Shown here one piece after another: positions 38,109 to 52,878 of a stretch of 64,000 nt of DNA. The DNA lies in assembly GCA_028534125.1 (NCBI GenBank), contig CM052817.1, positions 33,172,001 through 33,236,000 on the forward strand, written 5' to 3'. The notes under the pieces were generated by a model. The model searched no databases. It worked only from the letters and a program-made list of their open reading frames with translations, and was not told the origin of the DNA. The DNA is from Lama glama. Its lineage: Eukaryota. Position 1 is the first letter of the stretch; every line of letters begins with the position of its first letter. The position numbers were made by a program, and so were the translations under genes.

Positions 38109-39460
38109 CTGCGTGATAAGACACCAGTGTTAGCCACTCTGAGCTCCCAGCCACAGCATCCAGCATCAGGGGCTCACCAACATGTGGGTTTGGTTTTACT
38201 TTTTTTTTTTGGTGGGGGGGGAGGTGATTTCTAGTATTTTCCATGGCTGTGCCCATTTTGTAATTTGGCAAGAACTTGAGAGGTATTTCCTTTATCCTTA
38301 AATCAGGTCATAAATATCACTTTGGAAGGTTTGACTCACTCAACAGTCTTTGAAAAGACACTGTCGGACATTGCCATTTTTAATGAACGGCTCCATCGTA
38401 CACAAGCCATGGATGAAGGGCTTTCCAGCTAGAACAGAGTGTGCAGGGTAAGGTAGTAGCCCCATCCAAACCCCAGACCAAAGGGCAACAGCGAAGGAGG
38501 AGAAAGGGAGTTCTTGGCAGCAATACAACCACTGCAGGAAGAGAAATCCTGCTTCTGACAGTTTCAAACATCTGGGCATCAGAAATCTAAGGATGATGGC
38601 AGGTTATATAACACGGCTTGATTAAAGGCCTTTGCCTTGATCCTTTTTTATGTGACCAGCACTAATTCTGATGACTAGTCCTCTCTGCTATGTACCCTGC
38701 CACTTGGACAGAGCTTTCCCAAATAGCAAATGTGCTGTTTATTAGGGAGGTTCATTCCATACTGTAAATTTACTGATTGGCTTTCTGCCACAGATGAGTT
38801 TCACTTGTGTCTGAGAGTGTGGGTCACTATTCCAAACATGCTGACTCCTGAGGTTCCAAATCTGCAGACCAGATAGACTAAACTTGGGACGTGGGAAACA
38901 TGATACATAACAAGGCTCTCTGATGGCCCAGGATGAACTAGCTCACTGACCTCCACATCACTATAGGAAAAGCTGACCGTGCATGAGGCATTGCTAGATT
39001 TGCTTAGAAACCAGAAAGATTAGGTGTGGGGACAAGGAAGGCACAGAAGAGAGAAATAAGTTCTGGGGGTTCCCCTCGACATCCCATCTCCTGACCACTC
39101 AGCATCAGAGCACAGATGGACATCTGCCTTTACAGGCATGGTCGTCAGACCATGGACAAGTCAGGTCATGAAAGGCGGTCATGGACAGCCCATGCTCTTC
39201 TCCATGAGCTCAGACAATGGGAGTGGAGATATTTACTCCCTGTTTCTCTGCGTCTTCTTTCCCACAGCACAGAACTCACTCTCATTCTCTTCTTTTAAAA
39301 CTTTAAGCAATTAGAACCCCACCAATGAAATCAGATCCCCACAGTTGTCCAGCCCCAGCTTTCATGACTTTACATCCTTATATGAATAAACATCTTTTCT
39401 CTGTTGGTCATCAGTTGGGTGGTTGTAAATTAGATGAAGTTTTAAAACTGGCTGCTGAAG

Positions 39461-40083
39461 TGCATCCTGGGTAATATATCTAGAGGGAACCTTGATTTGC
39501 AAAGACACATGCTCCCCAATGTTCATAGCAGCACTGACAATAGCCAAGACATGGAAACAACCTAAATGTCCACTGACAAATGACTGGATAAAGAAGTTGT
39601 GGTATATTTATACAATGGAATACTACTCAACCATAAAAAGTAATAAAATAATGCCATTTGCAGCAACATGGATGAACCTGGAGAATGTCATTCTAAGTGA
39701 AGCCAGAAAGAAAAAGAAAAATATCATATGACATCACTTATATGTGGAATCTCAAAAAAAGACAAACTTATTTACAAAACAGAAACAGATTCACAGACAT
39801 AGAGAACAGATTTATGGTTATGGGGGGAAGGAGTTGGGAAGGGATAAATTGGGAGCTCAAGATTTGCAGATACTAACTAATATATAAAAAAATAGATAAG
39901 CAACCAGTTTATACTGTATAGGACAGAGAAATATATTCAATATCTTGTAGTAACTTACGGTGAAAAAGAATATGAAAACAAATGTATGTATGTTCCTATA
40001 TGACTGCAGTATTGTGCTGTACACCAGAAATTGACACAACATTGTAAACTGACTATACTTCAATTAAAAAAAAAGAAAAAAAA
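39461..40083 (+). mobile_element. 5'-truncated L1 (ORF2 C-terminus, 3'UTR, poly(A))
   Basis: ORF 39492-39731 KDTCSPMFIAAL..WKQPKCP..WIKKLWYIYTMEYYS; A tail 40066-40083. Confidence 0.9.
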
Positions 40084-42673
40084 TGTCTATTGTAAACATT
40101 ATGGTAGATGGTGGCCCAGGAGAGTTGATTCATTTCACCTGAGTTTAAAAAATCCTACCAAACAGGACCCCCAAAGAAAGTTTAAGTCCTTCATTCACTC
40201 TCTCCTTCGCATGAAGCCTTCCGCTCACATCCCCTACTCACATCCCTCCCTGTTAGTTGGCCTATCCTGAATTCCCTGGGGTTGCTCATCATATATGAAG
40301 CCTGTGTCAGAACAAAAATAACAAGCCCAGGGCACAAGAATGAAGTGAGCTGACATGAAGAAGTATTGGATTAGCCAACTAAACACAATTCTTGGAAGAG
40401 TATTTTGTAATAACTGCCTCTTTATACCGTAAACCTCCCTTATCCAAATGAGGTTATCTCTGGGAACCTTCTGAAGCAAAAATTACTGAAAGATAAGAAG
40501 CAGCGAACATTCAAGTCAAAACTTCAACTGCTGAGCCCAGATCTGCTCCTTATCTTCAGGGAAACTCCGATGTTGTGAAGAATCTCAGTGGTGGGTTTGT
40601 GTCGGTCTGCGTGTTGTACTGCATTCATCTTGGCCCAGCAACAGCCGCTGGCCTAAGCGCCTTGTACGAATTGAGAAAACCTGAGACTTACATAGTGAAT
40701 TGACTTGCTAGGCAAAACCCCAAATGCCAAGGAGCAGTCAGGAAGAGCTGTTTAATTCACATTTTCCAGTGTGAATTTCTCACTGGATTTTCAAATGCCA
40801 ACTCTGGCAGAAATAACACGCTAATAAATAACCCCGGTATCAATTTACTTGGAAATAAATTCCCTGCAAGGCTGGATCCCCCGCTCTGACTGCCACCTTA
40901 TAAATTGCTCTCAGGGAGACTCTGTTTGATGCTCTTTCTTTCCTAGTGTTTGAAGTTGAAGGTGGAAAATGGGCTGCGGTGTTTGTCCTGGCTCTAACTC
41001 TCAGAAGCAGCTGGATTCAGTGTCGAGAAACAGCTCTTAGCACCGGATAGACTTTCTTTCCACCAGCGTGAATCTGGTGTGAATGTGGAGTGAGTGTGAG
41101 AAGGGGGTGGGGGTCCCAAAGACTGAATGAAGGATAGAGTGGCAGGAACTCGTTTATTTCATTCCCACGTCATCTGTGCCAGGAAGACGGGGGTGGCGGA
41201 TAACAAGCACTCAAAGGAAGAGCACTCTATGCAACACATATCACATAGCTTCTCTTGTGTCTCTTGAGATGTAGCAATTTTGGCAAAGGATGGTTTAGCA
41301 ATTGTTACCAACTCAAGTACCAGACTTGAGGTTTCCCCTTCTTTTCAAACATTCTAAATTTTGACCTAGACACATTCTGGATCTAGTGGTTACAAGTTGC
41401 ATAGCCTAATTGCTGCACCGTATTCTTACTCTTCTAAGAGCCAGAGCATTAACTCCCTCATCTCCATTCTGATGGCCTCCGAGTTCTCCCCTGTGGACTT
41501 AGCAGCCTTCTCCATCCACACACATTCGGTCCCCAGGGCTGACGGGTACCTCACGGAGGCTGTCCTACTTCAGGGACAGGAAGAAGCAGGTGCCAGGAGA
41601 GAGAAAAGGGTAACAATACATGAGGGGTTTCCTGAGGTGAGATCAATTACTTCTAGCTGCAAAAATAGGAAACATCTAATATTCAGAGAAAACCAGAGGG
41701 TTAAAACTAAGTAAGATTTCTCATGGAAAGGCTTGGTTTTGTTTTGTTTAATGACTTTTTCTCTGCTCTTTTGAGATTTGACTCAAAACTGCCACTGATG
41801 TGCACATGATGGGAGTAAACAGATGTCTAGAGGGAACCAGAGTCTAACAGCCTCATTTATACGTAGCCCACTTGAAAATCATAAAATCCCATCTCTTACA
41901 GCTGGAATGAGTCAGAGTGCTGCAAGTATCTTTTTCCATCATGTTCAGCTTGGAAATGACTCTTTTCTCTACAAAATCTACTCTGGTTGATAAGAACTGC
42001 TTATGTTGTCAGGAGGCAACATAGACCAGAAACTTCACAGAAAAAAGAGATGGAAATAAAAAGATGCCACCGCACAGTGGGTCAGGAGAGGCATTTTGCA
42101 GAGCTGTACCTTGGAACAGAGAGGGATCTTTGTACTGACCCAGCATTGCACAGTCCACATGGTGGCTAATTAGCCAGTAGTAACTAGGGCAGAGCGAGAG
42201 TTGACAGCGTGCCTGTACTTCACGGTGTGAACCTCACCTAGCCAAAGGCTCCACCTATTCATTTGTAATGAGGACTGGCATTAAAGCAAATGCATTCAAG
42301 CATTTGCTGCTTTTGAAATACATGCACGCACATGCTTACATAAAACGTTTTGTAAATTGCAACTCATATGGGTTCAGTCATTGTGTTACTTACATTAGCT
42401 TCATAAAATTTCAAGTTAAAAAGAGTCACCACACGGACCCCAATCAACGCCGCAAATGGAAACTCCAACCTGACTGCCGGGCATCGAGATCGTGCTGCTC
42501 AGAGCAGGCAGATCATGTACATAGCACCCTTTATAACACGGTATAGGCCCACATGACTGGGTGGCCCTCTTGTTACGGAGATAAGTAAGAGCTGTAGTTG
42601 GATTTATAATAATATAAGCTGTTGACAGAGTTTGTCTCTACTTAGTGTTCCAGCATTAACATCAGAGGTCTTA

Positions 42674-42851
42674 TCCTATATAGCACATGGAACTCTATTC
42701 AATTTCTTATAATAACATATAATGGAAAAGAATCTGAAAAGAAAAAATATATATGTTATGTATAACTGAATCGCTTTTCTTGTACACCTGAAACTAACAT
42801 TATAAATCAACTACACTTCATTAAAATTTTTTAACAATTAAAAGAAAAAAA
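42674..42851 (+). mobile_element. L1 3'-end fragment with TSD
   Basis: tatagcacatggaactctattcaat...tgtacacctgaaactaac; flanks atcagaggtctta (42661) and atcagatgtctta (42852). Confidence 0.75.
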
Positions 42852-45800
42852 ATCAGATGTCTTAATGACCATTTCTTTAAAAAAAAAAAATCCCCCTGCA
42901 TCTGCATTCCCCGCTGGTTTCTTTTCTAAGGATCCCAGCATGAGACAGCCTGGCTTTAACCAATTTTCAATGTATACTTGTGGGGATGGTTCTTCCTGCA
43001 ATTCTGGGGTTGCCCCACTTTGGCTTCCCTTCCAGCAATGGCTCCAATATCATTCTCAGTTCACCCATCTGCACTCACAGAGCCCCGGGGAACCACGGAG
43101 CATGGGTTCCACACAGCTCAGAAGTCACACACAAGACGTCAGACATCATCTACTCCAACATTTCCCCTGTAGCCCATGCTTCAATTCCCCTACAAAATCC
43201 TTGCCATTTGTCACCCAGCTCATGCTTCAGTGCCTCTAATGACAGTAACCTCACTGTGTCCCAAGGCAGTGCAGGCCATTTTTAGACAGCACTAATTAGA
43301 AAGTTTGTCCTTAGGTGGAGGTGAACTTTGCCATTCTCTTGCTTGCCCATTGGTCCTAGTCACACCCTCTAGGGCAACCTCAAGTCAATTTCCATGTGAC
43401 AGAGCTATTTGAAGATAACTCTCATTGCCCTCCCCTAGCTCTTCTTTCCAGGTCAACTCATCCTGGTTTCTTCAATATTTAATATGTTTTCAAGTCACTT
43501 CAAAAACATAACGAACTCGCTCTAACAAAGTTAGTAGTGTGTGTGTATGAGAATTAGACCCAGAAGAGGACTCCTGGTCTGGACCAGTAAGGTAGGGACT
43601 TTTTTTTTTTTTTTGATGGACCAGCTGCACTCTAGACCTCATTGATGGAGTTCCCATTTTGCCATTTCACATATTTCACACGTGCACAGGGGTGGTCTCT
43701 GTGTCCTGCGGAGCCAAGAATGCCATAGACGTCTGTCCTCACTAGTACTGATTAATCAAAAGATGACAGGAGACTCTCAAGACCTGCTGCCAAACACAGC
43801 ACAGCCATGCTGCCTAGCACTGAGACCACGTGCGGCACACAGAGCCCGCATGGCAATCCTGACAACAGGAAGCATCAGAACAGGGTGACCGACTGACACG
43901 CTAGAAAAGTGACAAGGTCGTCAACCAGTCCTGTTGACCTAGCAACATACTGCAGAGCGAGGTACAGTAACGAAGCCCTTGCCTAACGCTCCCCCTCAGG
44001 GAACAAGAGAACTTTTGAGAAACAGAGAGATCTCTCTCACTGAGCAATAAGTTGGGAGCTCCAGAATGATGACTTCCGAATGAGTTAACAGTGCACTCTG
44101 AGTTGACGGTCCCTATGAAATGAGCTTGGTGAAAGCAAGTCTGGTGTCTGTCAATTTGTTCACCATTGAGACATTAGTGCCTGACATGCGTAGAGCCTGG
44201 CACATTTTGAAAAGTAATTGTGAGTATCTCCTGCTGGAGAGGCAGCAGCTACTTCAGTGAGCTATGGGCAACCAGAGTCTGGCCAAGGAAAAAGAAATTA
44301 AGGAGACTTTGAGCAAAAGTGGTGAATAGGACCTCAGGATTTGATGAGGGTAGGGAGATTTGAGACAGCAATTTGATCTATTTTTCCCACTAGACTTTAG
44401 CTCGTATTTATCCTTTGTTCCCAGAAGCATATCTTTTAAGAGCTAAGAAATTAATGATGACAGTCTGACTTATACGAGGTCATACAGATGTCAGTGACAA
44501 GGTCAAAAAGAGAATTTAGTTCTTGAGTCAGCAGAATGACCCAAGCCTTCAGATATCTTTTCTTTTATGGTATCTGGAAGTTACGCTGATTAATTCTGTT
44601 TCGTGGTAAAACAAAACAAAACAAAATCATGTATGTGGGGGACATGTGATTTGGGGAATGGTAGTGAAGTTTCAGGATTCCCCTAATATTTGCAGCACTG
44701 CTGTGTAGGAGATTCGCTCATAAAATTCTGAGTTGAAAAGCTGAACAGTTTTGCAAGTCATGCTTTAATCATGATTGCATGGAATTTGGAGCTCTGCATA
44801 AAAATCATGTGGACTTTAAGAATTCAGGTCAAGAAGAATGTTTTAAAATCTGTGTACTGCTTAGTCCTACGTGCATTAAATTTACTCCCATGCTATGCTA
44901 TGAAATTTTGTTTAAATAGGAATTTGATTTTATATTAGCTATGCTAATCTATTAAAAAAATACACACACATACACACACACAGAACTATCAGGTCTTAAT
45001 TCATCGGCAGTTCTTCCTGGCTCCAGGGCACAAAAGTTCTGTCACAGGACTCATGAGCTGGAATCACGTATTTACAACAAATACAGGTAACGTGAGTTGT
45101 CCATTATTTAACCTCTGGCTCTGTCTAAAGACCTATCACATTCTTTTGAAAAGTCTGAAGAACCTGGTTGTGAGTTGTTCTTTGGTGAAATAGCTTCTCA
45201 CTTAATTATGAATTTATGTAAGGACAAGAATCACACATGCCGGTACTAATGAAAACCCATCTTATCACATCCTCCACAAATGGCTCTGAATTATTTCAAT
45301 TTCTGTATCAAGTCTGGGAAGTCGGCTAAGGAAAAAAGGCACAAAAGAGATCCTCACCTTTGAAACCCACCATTGCTTCCTGCATTTATTCACTGTATAT
45401 ATTTGAACTCCTAAATACAAAGGCACTGATTTGGAATGGCGGACAGATGAGAACATCTCGAAATCGACTAACTCTCAGCGGAAATCATTCTCAGATTACA
45501 TACTGGGTAGCTATATGCTGAACCTCCCATTTCTGGGATGCTGAGGTGTCTTTCTCCCCCTTTAGGGTCTCAGTTCTTTAGTCCGTATTTCTTGGTTCTA
45601 TTATTTTCAGTATGACACCAGAAAGCTCCACAAAGCCGTTCTTTCATAGTCATTCTAGTCACGGCGCTCAAAAAACTTAAACTGACAGCAGAGAAAAATA
45701 AAGTAGTACTAAGTTGCTAAATAAGGCAAAATTGCCCCATATTTGAAGCTTCTGTCTCCTTAGGGTTTCTCTTACATCTTGGGTCACACTCCTCTAACCC

Positions 45801-46193
45801 TGGGGTCTGACACTTAGAGCTGCTGCTGAGTAAGTCGAGGTTAAGGCCTCACAGATGTAATGATGGTCAAATTTAAAACAGTTGTGGCTTCTCTGTAACA
45901 ACTTTTCCCTGAAATAATGTAGGAAAAAAACCAGAATGTGCAGTACTGTGGGAGAAAACATGACCAAAAGGACATGTTGTCTGGGAATTCCTTTGTAAGG
46001 CAAGTGTGATTCATGGAGTGGATGCACAAGGCCAATGCAGCCAAGGATTGGGTGGAAATTTGAGTCTCAACTTTGAAGGGAATTTAATTTAATCCCTCCA
46101 GCCTGGTGTGTGTTATGAGTATCTCATAAATGAAATCCAAGCTTGAGATTGCTTCACTGAGTTTGCCCAGCAGTCTACCTTTTCCATTTCTTT

Positions 46194-46322
46194 ATCTTTG
46201 AAAAATTTTTGGTGGGGAGGTAATTAGGTTTATTTATGTAGTTAATGGCAGTACTGGGGACTGAACCCAGGACCTCATGCAGGCTAAGCATGTGCTCTAC
46301 CACTGAAGTATATCCTTCCCCC
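46194..46322 (-). mobile_element. tRNA-derived SINE (camelid vic-1-like)
   Basis: Homologous to 4645-4770; TSD tccatttcttt at 46183 and 46323. Confidence 0.85.
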
Positions 46323-47139
46323 TCCATTTCTTTTCCAACTAGCTCTGCCCAAGCTTTTTTTCTCCCACCTCATCTTCCGCTACCTATAAAGCACATTGGC
46401 TTTGTTTGGTAAGCAGAAAAATCTTTTAGGAAATCCCACTATTAGGCAAGATTTTATTTCATCAATTAACTTTCTCAGGGAAAAAATTTTTTCCTCTTCT
46501 GTTACTAATCTACAAAAGTAGAATGCCATAGGTCATCAAAATTTTTCCCAGTGACACGAATAAGGGAGTTTTTCTTTTGCCTGTTGCAAAGGATAGTTGG
46601 CAAATTTTCTCTAGAACGTGAGCTGCACTGATTGACCTACAGAGGGAGTTGACAAATGGAACACAGGGGAAAAAAATGATGGTCATCTAAGAGTCTGGTT
46701 TTTAAAAATCATGCTTAGAGTGCAGTTTCTTCATGAAGAAAAAACCCAAGGACTCTCCCTTTCCCATGAGTTGTTTTCATAAACACTGTCTATTTCCTGT
46801 TCTCACTCCTTGGCACACAGGCTAGAACCACCTGCTCAGCGCTGACTCGACTGTATTTGGGAGAGATGGGAACGTATTCCAAGCTCTACGAGGCCAGGAC
46901 TGTGTCAGTCTTGTTCACCACAGTGCTACACACCTCTGGGCACTTAGAAGGTGCTCAGCCAGTAATAACTGAACACATTCAAGGAGGAGAAAAATAGAGA
47001 TTCTACCTTGGGGATGGATAGTGTAAATGTGAATTTGGTGTTTGTTCTTTGGTAAATGGTTTGACAAAAGGATGCCTATGAGATGGAATCAATGTGTAAA
47101 TTGTATATAATCACACACTTTCATAAAGTGACTACATTT

Positions 47140-48100
47140 ATTCATGCAAATCTTTGAGTGTCTATTTCTGCCAGGCATTTCTCTAAGTGCTGAGATATAA
47201 TACTCTATGGTAATATACTATACTAGACTGCCAGGTAATAACAAGATAATTTGCTGGTAGAAAATAAAGAAGATTAGAGGATATGGAGCTGAGGGTGGGG
47301 GATGCTACTTTAAGTGGAATCATCAGGGAGGGCCTCTCTGAGGAGGTGAGATTTGAAGAGAGAACTGAATGAAGAACCGGAGTTATGCAGACATTTGGCA
47401 GAGTCTTCCAATCAAAGGGACAGCAAGAAGATCAGCCTTGACTTGAGGAAGTTCTTAGAGTGTTTGAAGAACAGCAAGCAGTATGACTGAGCCTGGTTGA
47501 GCCAGGGGCAGGATGCCAGAAATTCTTCCCTTCGTTTAAGAGATGAGGTTGGAGGGAGAACTCAGGATCAGACTGGTACAGCTCTGCAGGCCACGGTAAG
47601 GATTTGGAATTTTAACCTGTGTGTCTTGGGAAGCATCAGAGGGTGGACCGCAAGAGAATGATAGGGTGAGACTGACTTTGTAAAGTGGTCATTCTAACTG
47701 CTGTGTGGAGAGCAGAGGTGGGGACCAAGTTTGGAAGCAAAGAGGTCGGTTAAGAGGTTCCTGCGGTGGCCCAGACAAAGCTGATGGTGGCCTGGCTGAT
47801 GGAAGCCATGGAGATGGTGAGAGATGGACTGCAGGGAGGGGATGTGGAAAGGAGTCAAGGCTCTTTTTGGTCCAAGCAACTAGGTAAATGGTGGCATCAT
47901 TTCTACAGATGTGCAAAGACTGATGGAAGAGCAGGTCTGGTTAGGCATGGAGGCGGGAGAAGCCAAGGGTTGACTTTTGGGTATTAAATTTGAGATGCCT
48001 TTTAGACATCCATGTGGAGATATCAAGTGGGCAGTTGAATATGAAAGTGCGGCGTTCAGAGGAGAAGCTGAGCCAGGAATATGAATTCGGGAATAGATGG
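47140..48100. mobile_element. L2 LINE remnant; boundaries approximate
   Basis: cagggagggcctctctgaggaggtgagatttg, ggccacggtaaggatttggaatttta, ttagacatccatgtggagatatcaagtgggcagttgaatat motifs. Confidence 0.65.
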
Positions 48101-50025
48101 CAGACACTCCAGAAGGGGAATGCCTCTTGTAACTCTGGTTTTGCTCTCCTCCTGCTTCTCAGGGCATGGCCTCAGCCCTGCAGGGCAGATGGATGTCCAT
48201 TAGGTTGAGAATCACCTTGGAACTTGGACACCACTCAAAGCCCCAGCTCAGGGGCCAAAGCACCACGTGTGCTTCCTATCCTGGCAGAGAGAAGAAGCAG
48301 GGCAAGTCCCCTGCGCCCTCTGCCTCAGGCTTCCCACATCTAAAATGACAATAATCTCATCCACTACTTGGTTCTCCTCAAAAAAGAGGGCTAAGATACT
48401 ACACACAATAGTGAAAAGAGCTGCCAACACCGGGAAGAAGTCCATGATGAGAACACAACGATAGGGAGGTTTGTTTGCACTTAGATCATCAAGTCCTTGA
48501 GGGCAGCCTCTGACTTCTGAATGTCATCCTTTGTGGGACTTGGCACAAGGTCCAGTCAACTACTGCTGCTGACTCTGTCTCTTCTTGAGGTATTAACTCT
48601 TTAGTCATTAAGTGGGAGCTGACATGACATGTTGGGTAATTACAAATGCGTCTTAAGACAAGGTCTCTAAATTCACCTCTCTCTTATCAGCTCTCCACTG
48701 CCTCTAGAAAGATCTTTCCAGAAAATTATATCACTTCCTTTCTTAAACCCTTCCAACGACACCTCATGGCCTTGGGGATAAAGTGTGAGTTCCCTAGCGT
48801 GGCTCTTAATGTCCACACGATCTGGCCCTTGCTGACCACCCTGCCTTATCTCTCGCTGCTTTTTACATGAACACCACGCTCCAGGTATTAACCACTTCCC
48901 TAACTGGCTTCTGGGGAAACATTCTTTCGGGTTGTTTCTCCTTAGAATGACCCTCCCTGCCTCGTCCACTTAGAGAACTTCTGCACATTCCTTGAAGCCC
49001 CAGTTTAAGATTTTCCTCCTCTGTGAATAATTTTTAACCCCATCCAAGCAAAAAAAAAATCTCTCCTTTGTCTGCACCAGCACTATACTTAATTTCTCCA
49101 TTATATACTATCACACCACACAGCAGTCATTTAGAAAAAATCTACCTCCTCTACTAGAGCGTAGGCTTCTTTGGGAGGGCAGCCTAAGAGATCATCACCT
49201 CCCTGTTTTCAGCACCTCACCCAGGACTAGGCAAGTAGCAAAAGTACAACACATTTTGGCTAAGTGAAGTGGATAAATGGGTGAGAGTATGAGTCCAAAA
49301 CAAAGCCCGTCCCTTTTAGAATAAAGCTGGCAGCTCAGTGAACATTAGAAAAACTCATGGTGACCCAGCAAGAATCAACAAGATGCACGCTGGTGCTTGG
49401 TAGCACCACGCCAGTCAGGAGATTGAATGAGTCTGAACCAATCTCAGGCAATCATGAACCCTACCTTGACTGAGTAATAATAATCTGTATGCCTCTCTTA
49501 CTTAGGGGGGGGGCTTCCTTGGGTTCATATTTGAGATCGCATGGTTTCTCCAAAGGGGTTGGACTTAGCCATGGAGACAGGGCTCAGCCTTAGCCAATCC
49601 TATGGCAGTCTCTTGTCCACAGGATCCCTGGAGGGCAAGTGGCACAGCTTCTTATGGGAGTTAGTACAATTGGATGTCTTAGATGTGTCCAGAATGTATC
49701 GGGGTGACCCCTGGGTCTGCAACTATCAGACCGTGTACAGGGATGACACAACTCTGTGTCCTTGAGTGACCTTAACCAGGTGAGGTTGCAACCCATAGCC
49801 CAGTGGGTTTACCGGCAGTCAGACTGGACAACTGGCAACATCAAGGGAATGGCCATGACCCTGAGACACATCACTTGCTCAAGTCATGTTCTTACCTGGC
49901 CCTTCACTCCTGACTCCTCGAAAGGGAGGCACTCACATGGGGTAGGAATTGGGGTAGGTAGGTCAGGGTGATGAGCGTTCCCACCCATGCCGCCAGTTTC
50001 TGACTGGAGTCTAGGAATGACCCAC

Positions 50026-50397
50026 CTGAATCAGATGAGCTGCGCTTTCCGGGCTGCCGTACCGAAGGTCATGTCCATTGATGGCTAACACGCGGTCGTT
50101 CTCCTCCAGCTGGCCGTGTCGGTCTGCCACGCCACCATCCAGCACGTTGAAAATAAACACCCCAGGCTCATCCACCTTGCGCACCAGTTTTATTCCAAGC
50201 TGCTCATCAGGGCTACTTTTGTTAAGAATCACGTGGAAACTGTCCCCCTGGGGTCCATAGGTGTCCAGGGGCTGTCCGTCGGTCCTGGTCCGGAACTTCT
50301 GCTCCCGCAGCACGGTCAGCCGCAGCACCTGGCAGGGCTGCCGCAAGAGGCGCAGGGCGTAGTTGTGAGGAACGTTGCTGATGTCCATCCCATTGAC
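50026..50397 (-). CDS. LNX1: LNX1 exon, end of PDZ1 and most of PDZ2 ([12 protein letters not shown]...SAAHLIQ)
   Basis: cccag acceptor, CAG|gtgggt donor; 372 nt; within ORF 50011-50478. Confidence 0.96.
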
Positions 50398-52675
50398 CTG
50401 GGTGGAGGGGAGCTCAGAATCAGGAGTGACCACGCCATCAGCTCCAACCCTTCCTAAGAGGCCCCGCCACAGAATCACCGGGGCCCTCCCTTAAGGGCCA
50501 CTCTGCTCTATCACCTCATCCTCCACCCAAATGTCCAAATATCCCCATCTTCCAACAGGACTTCTGACCCTGCTTGCCTCGAGTGTTACCTGTACACATT
50601 CCAAGTCTTCGTAGATGTCATCCTTGTTCAGCCTTGTCCCACACGTGACCTCAAATTTATTTACACAGTCCTAACCCTCATTTCTGTTGCTTGCTAAACT
50701 TATTTTTTAGTTGAAGGGGGCGTAAAAGGAAGAAAAAGTGGGAAAAGGCCAAAGAAGAAAGAAAATTGCCCACTGAGCTCAAATGATCACATTAAACTGC
50801 TGTTCAAATCAAACTCAGTTGACATTTTCTTTCCAAAAATCTCCCAATGAATTTTTCTCCCTGGGTCACCCATACTGGAACTTCCAGGCCCCACTACTCT
50901 GTGTGTGTGTGTGTGTGAGTGTGTGACTTTATTTGTGTGTTGGAAAGTGTGTGTGTATGTGAGAGTATGTCAAGTCTCAAGATGGTCGCCTACAAGATCT
51001 TTTGCCCATGTTCTCAATAAAACAACAACAAAAAATCTCTGTACAGTTCCAGACAAACTGATATGAATGGAAGTGTCTAGGCTTTTTTAGTAAAAGGCTG
51101 GATCACTTTATTAAGCTCCTTAAATGTCCTCCAACTTGGCCCTCTCATTTGCGCCTCACTGATGATCTGCAGACTGCTGCATGGGGCGTTCTGGTTTTAA
51201 TTACCCAGGCCCAGCCTGAAGGCTTCAGCCCCTCGAGGTGGTCACTGCTCAGAAAGAAAACAATTTCACAGCAGCGCTGCGCTCTGCGCTTAAGGAAGGA
51301 GGCCCCCACAGAAGAGAAACAACCTTCTTGAATTTCTATGGTTTGGTAAGATTTCTTGTACGTGCAGCCAACAGTTAGAACAGTCTTGGAGTGAGACTTT
51401 CATGAGCCTTCCTGCAGCCATTGCCGGTCCTCTGCTGCATCCACAGGGATGGATGGAGGCTCCCGTGTGCACAGACAAGGCTCACTGCCTTTGTCCAAGC
51501 CCAGGTGAGCTCAAGGACCTTGCTCTGTTCTGTCACCTTAACTTGTGTCTGGTTTCCCCCATCGTACCCAGGCCAAGAGAAAGTCAAGGTCACCTTCTAA
51601 ATAGTCTTGGCAGCTCATTTGCCTGCAAGTGCCAGTTGAAGGCCACGAGAATCAATATCTATTATTATGCAACCCTCCCAGGCAGCATAGTTTCCATAGA
51701 ACTGGGAGGAAGCCGTGTGGAGAGTCGCTGATTGCACAGCTCACTGCCCCTCGAGGATGATGGGCCCTGCCTTGTACTCCACCTCCGAGGCCAGTGGGAA
51801 TATCAGTGTCTCTACAATAACTGCTTTAAATTCTTGCTCCTCTTATTCCAAAGAATAAGAATTTCTTTGCCAGAGAAACAGCTCATGGTGTGTCAGGAGC
51901 TGGCCCCTCAGCAACCCAGAAGGGATGGGATGAAACTGTCATCCGAGTATCAGACAGGAAATTAGACCAAGGGAGGGATTTCTTATCGCTTTTGGCTCAT
52001 GGTGGACTTCTGTCTGATAAACAACTCTTCCTTCATCCTTTCTTGTCTTCTGAAAATCCCTCCCCAGTATCCTTCCCCTTAACCAAGCCTTAGAGGACAG
52101 TCATGCCCAAGGCATTCTGTTCCACCATCTGCCTCCCCTGGAGGGTCTGTGGGTTGGCAGAATAACTTAGGGATTTTTTTTTTCCTTGACGGGCCATTAA
52201 GCTATAGAAAATTTACTTTAGAGGAGTAAGTGAATGTGAGCGATTAGATAAAATACAAAATGTTTCAGTAATTTGCTCTAAAAACAATTTAAGGAGATAC
52301 ATACTCTAGTTTTATGTTTCTGTTACTTAAAGTAGGAGAAAGGGGTAAGAGGAGAGAAAGGGGAGGTAGAGAAAGGGGAGGACAAGTTAGGAGAAGGAAG
52401 AGGAAGGAGGGGAAGACAGAGACAAAATGATACAGAGACAGAAATATTCATGCACAGCGAGAATGAGAAAGACAGAAGGACAAAGACTGATCTCAAATTA
52501 CAAATCTCATATGAAGTCATATCAACACAATAACTATGGGAAGTGACAGCTCCACATACGTGTTAGTGTTTTATCCACCCATCCATCCACCCATCCGTCC
52601 ATCCACCGATCCAATTATTTGCCCTCAGGTCATTTTGATTAAGCCCCCCGATGGCTCCACAGCCATGGTCTCTAC

Positions 52676-52878
52676 CTTCAGGATGATGTCTCCTGGCAGC
52701 AGCCGGCCGTCTCTGGCAACGGCCCCATCACGATAAATGTGCTGAATAATGATATGGACCAGCGGGGTTTCGCTGCCTCCCACAAGCCTAATAGAGAGGC
52801 TTTCACTGGGATCTGCTCGATTGATCTTGATGCTGGTAATTTCACCATCTGGAATTAGGTGATACAACCTTGGAAAGA
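52676..52878 (-). CDS. LNX1: LNX1 exon, PDZ1 ([40 protein letters not shown]...GDIILK)
   Basis: cattttag acceptor, AAG|gtagag donor; 203 nt; within ORF 52625-52891. Confidence 0.96.
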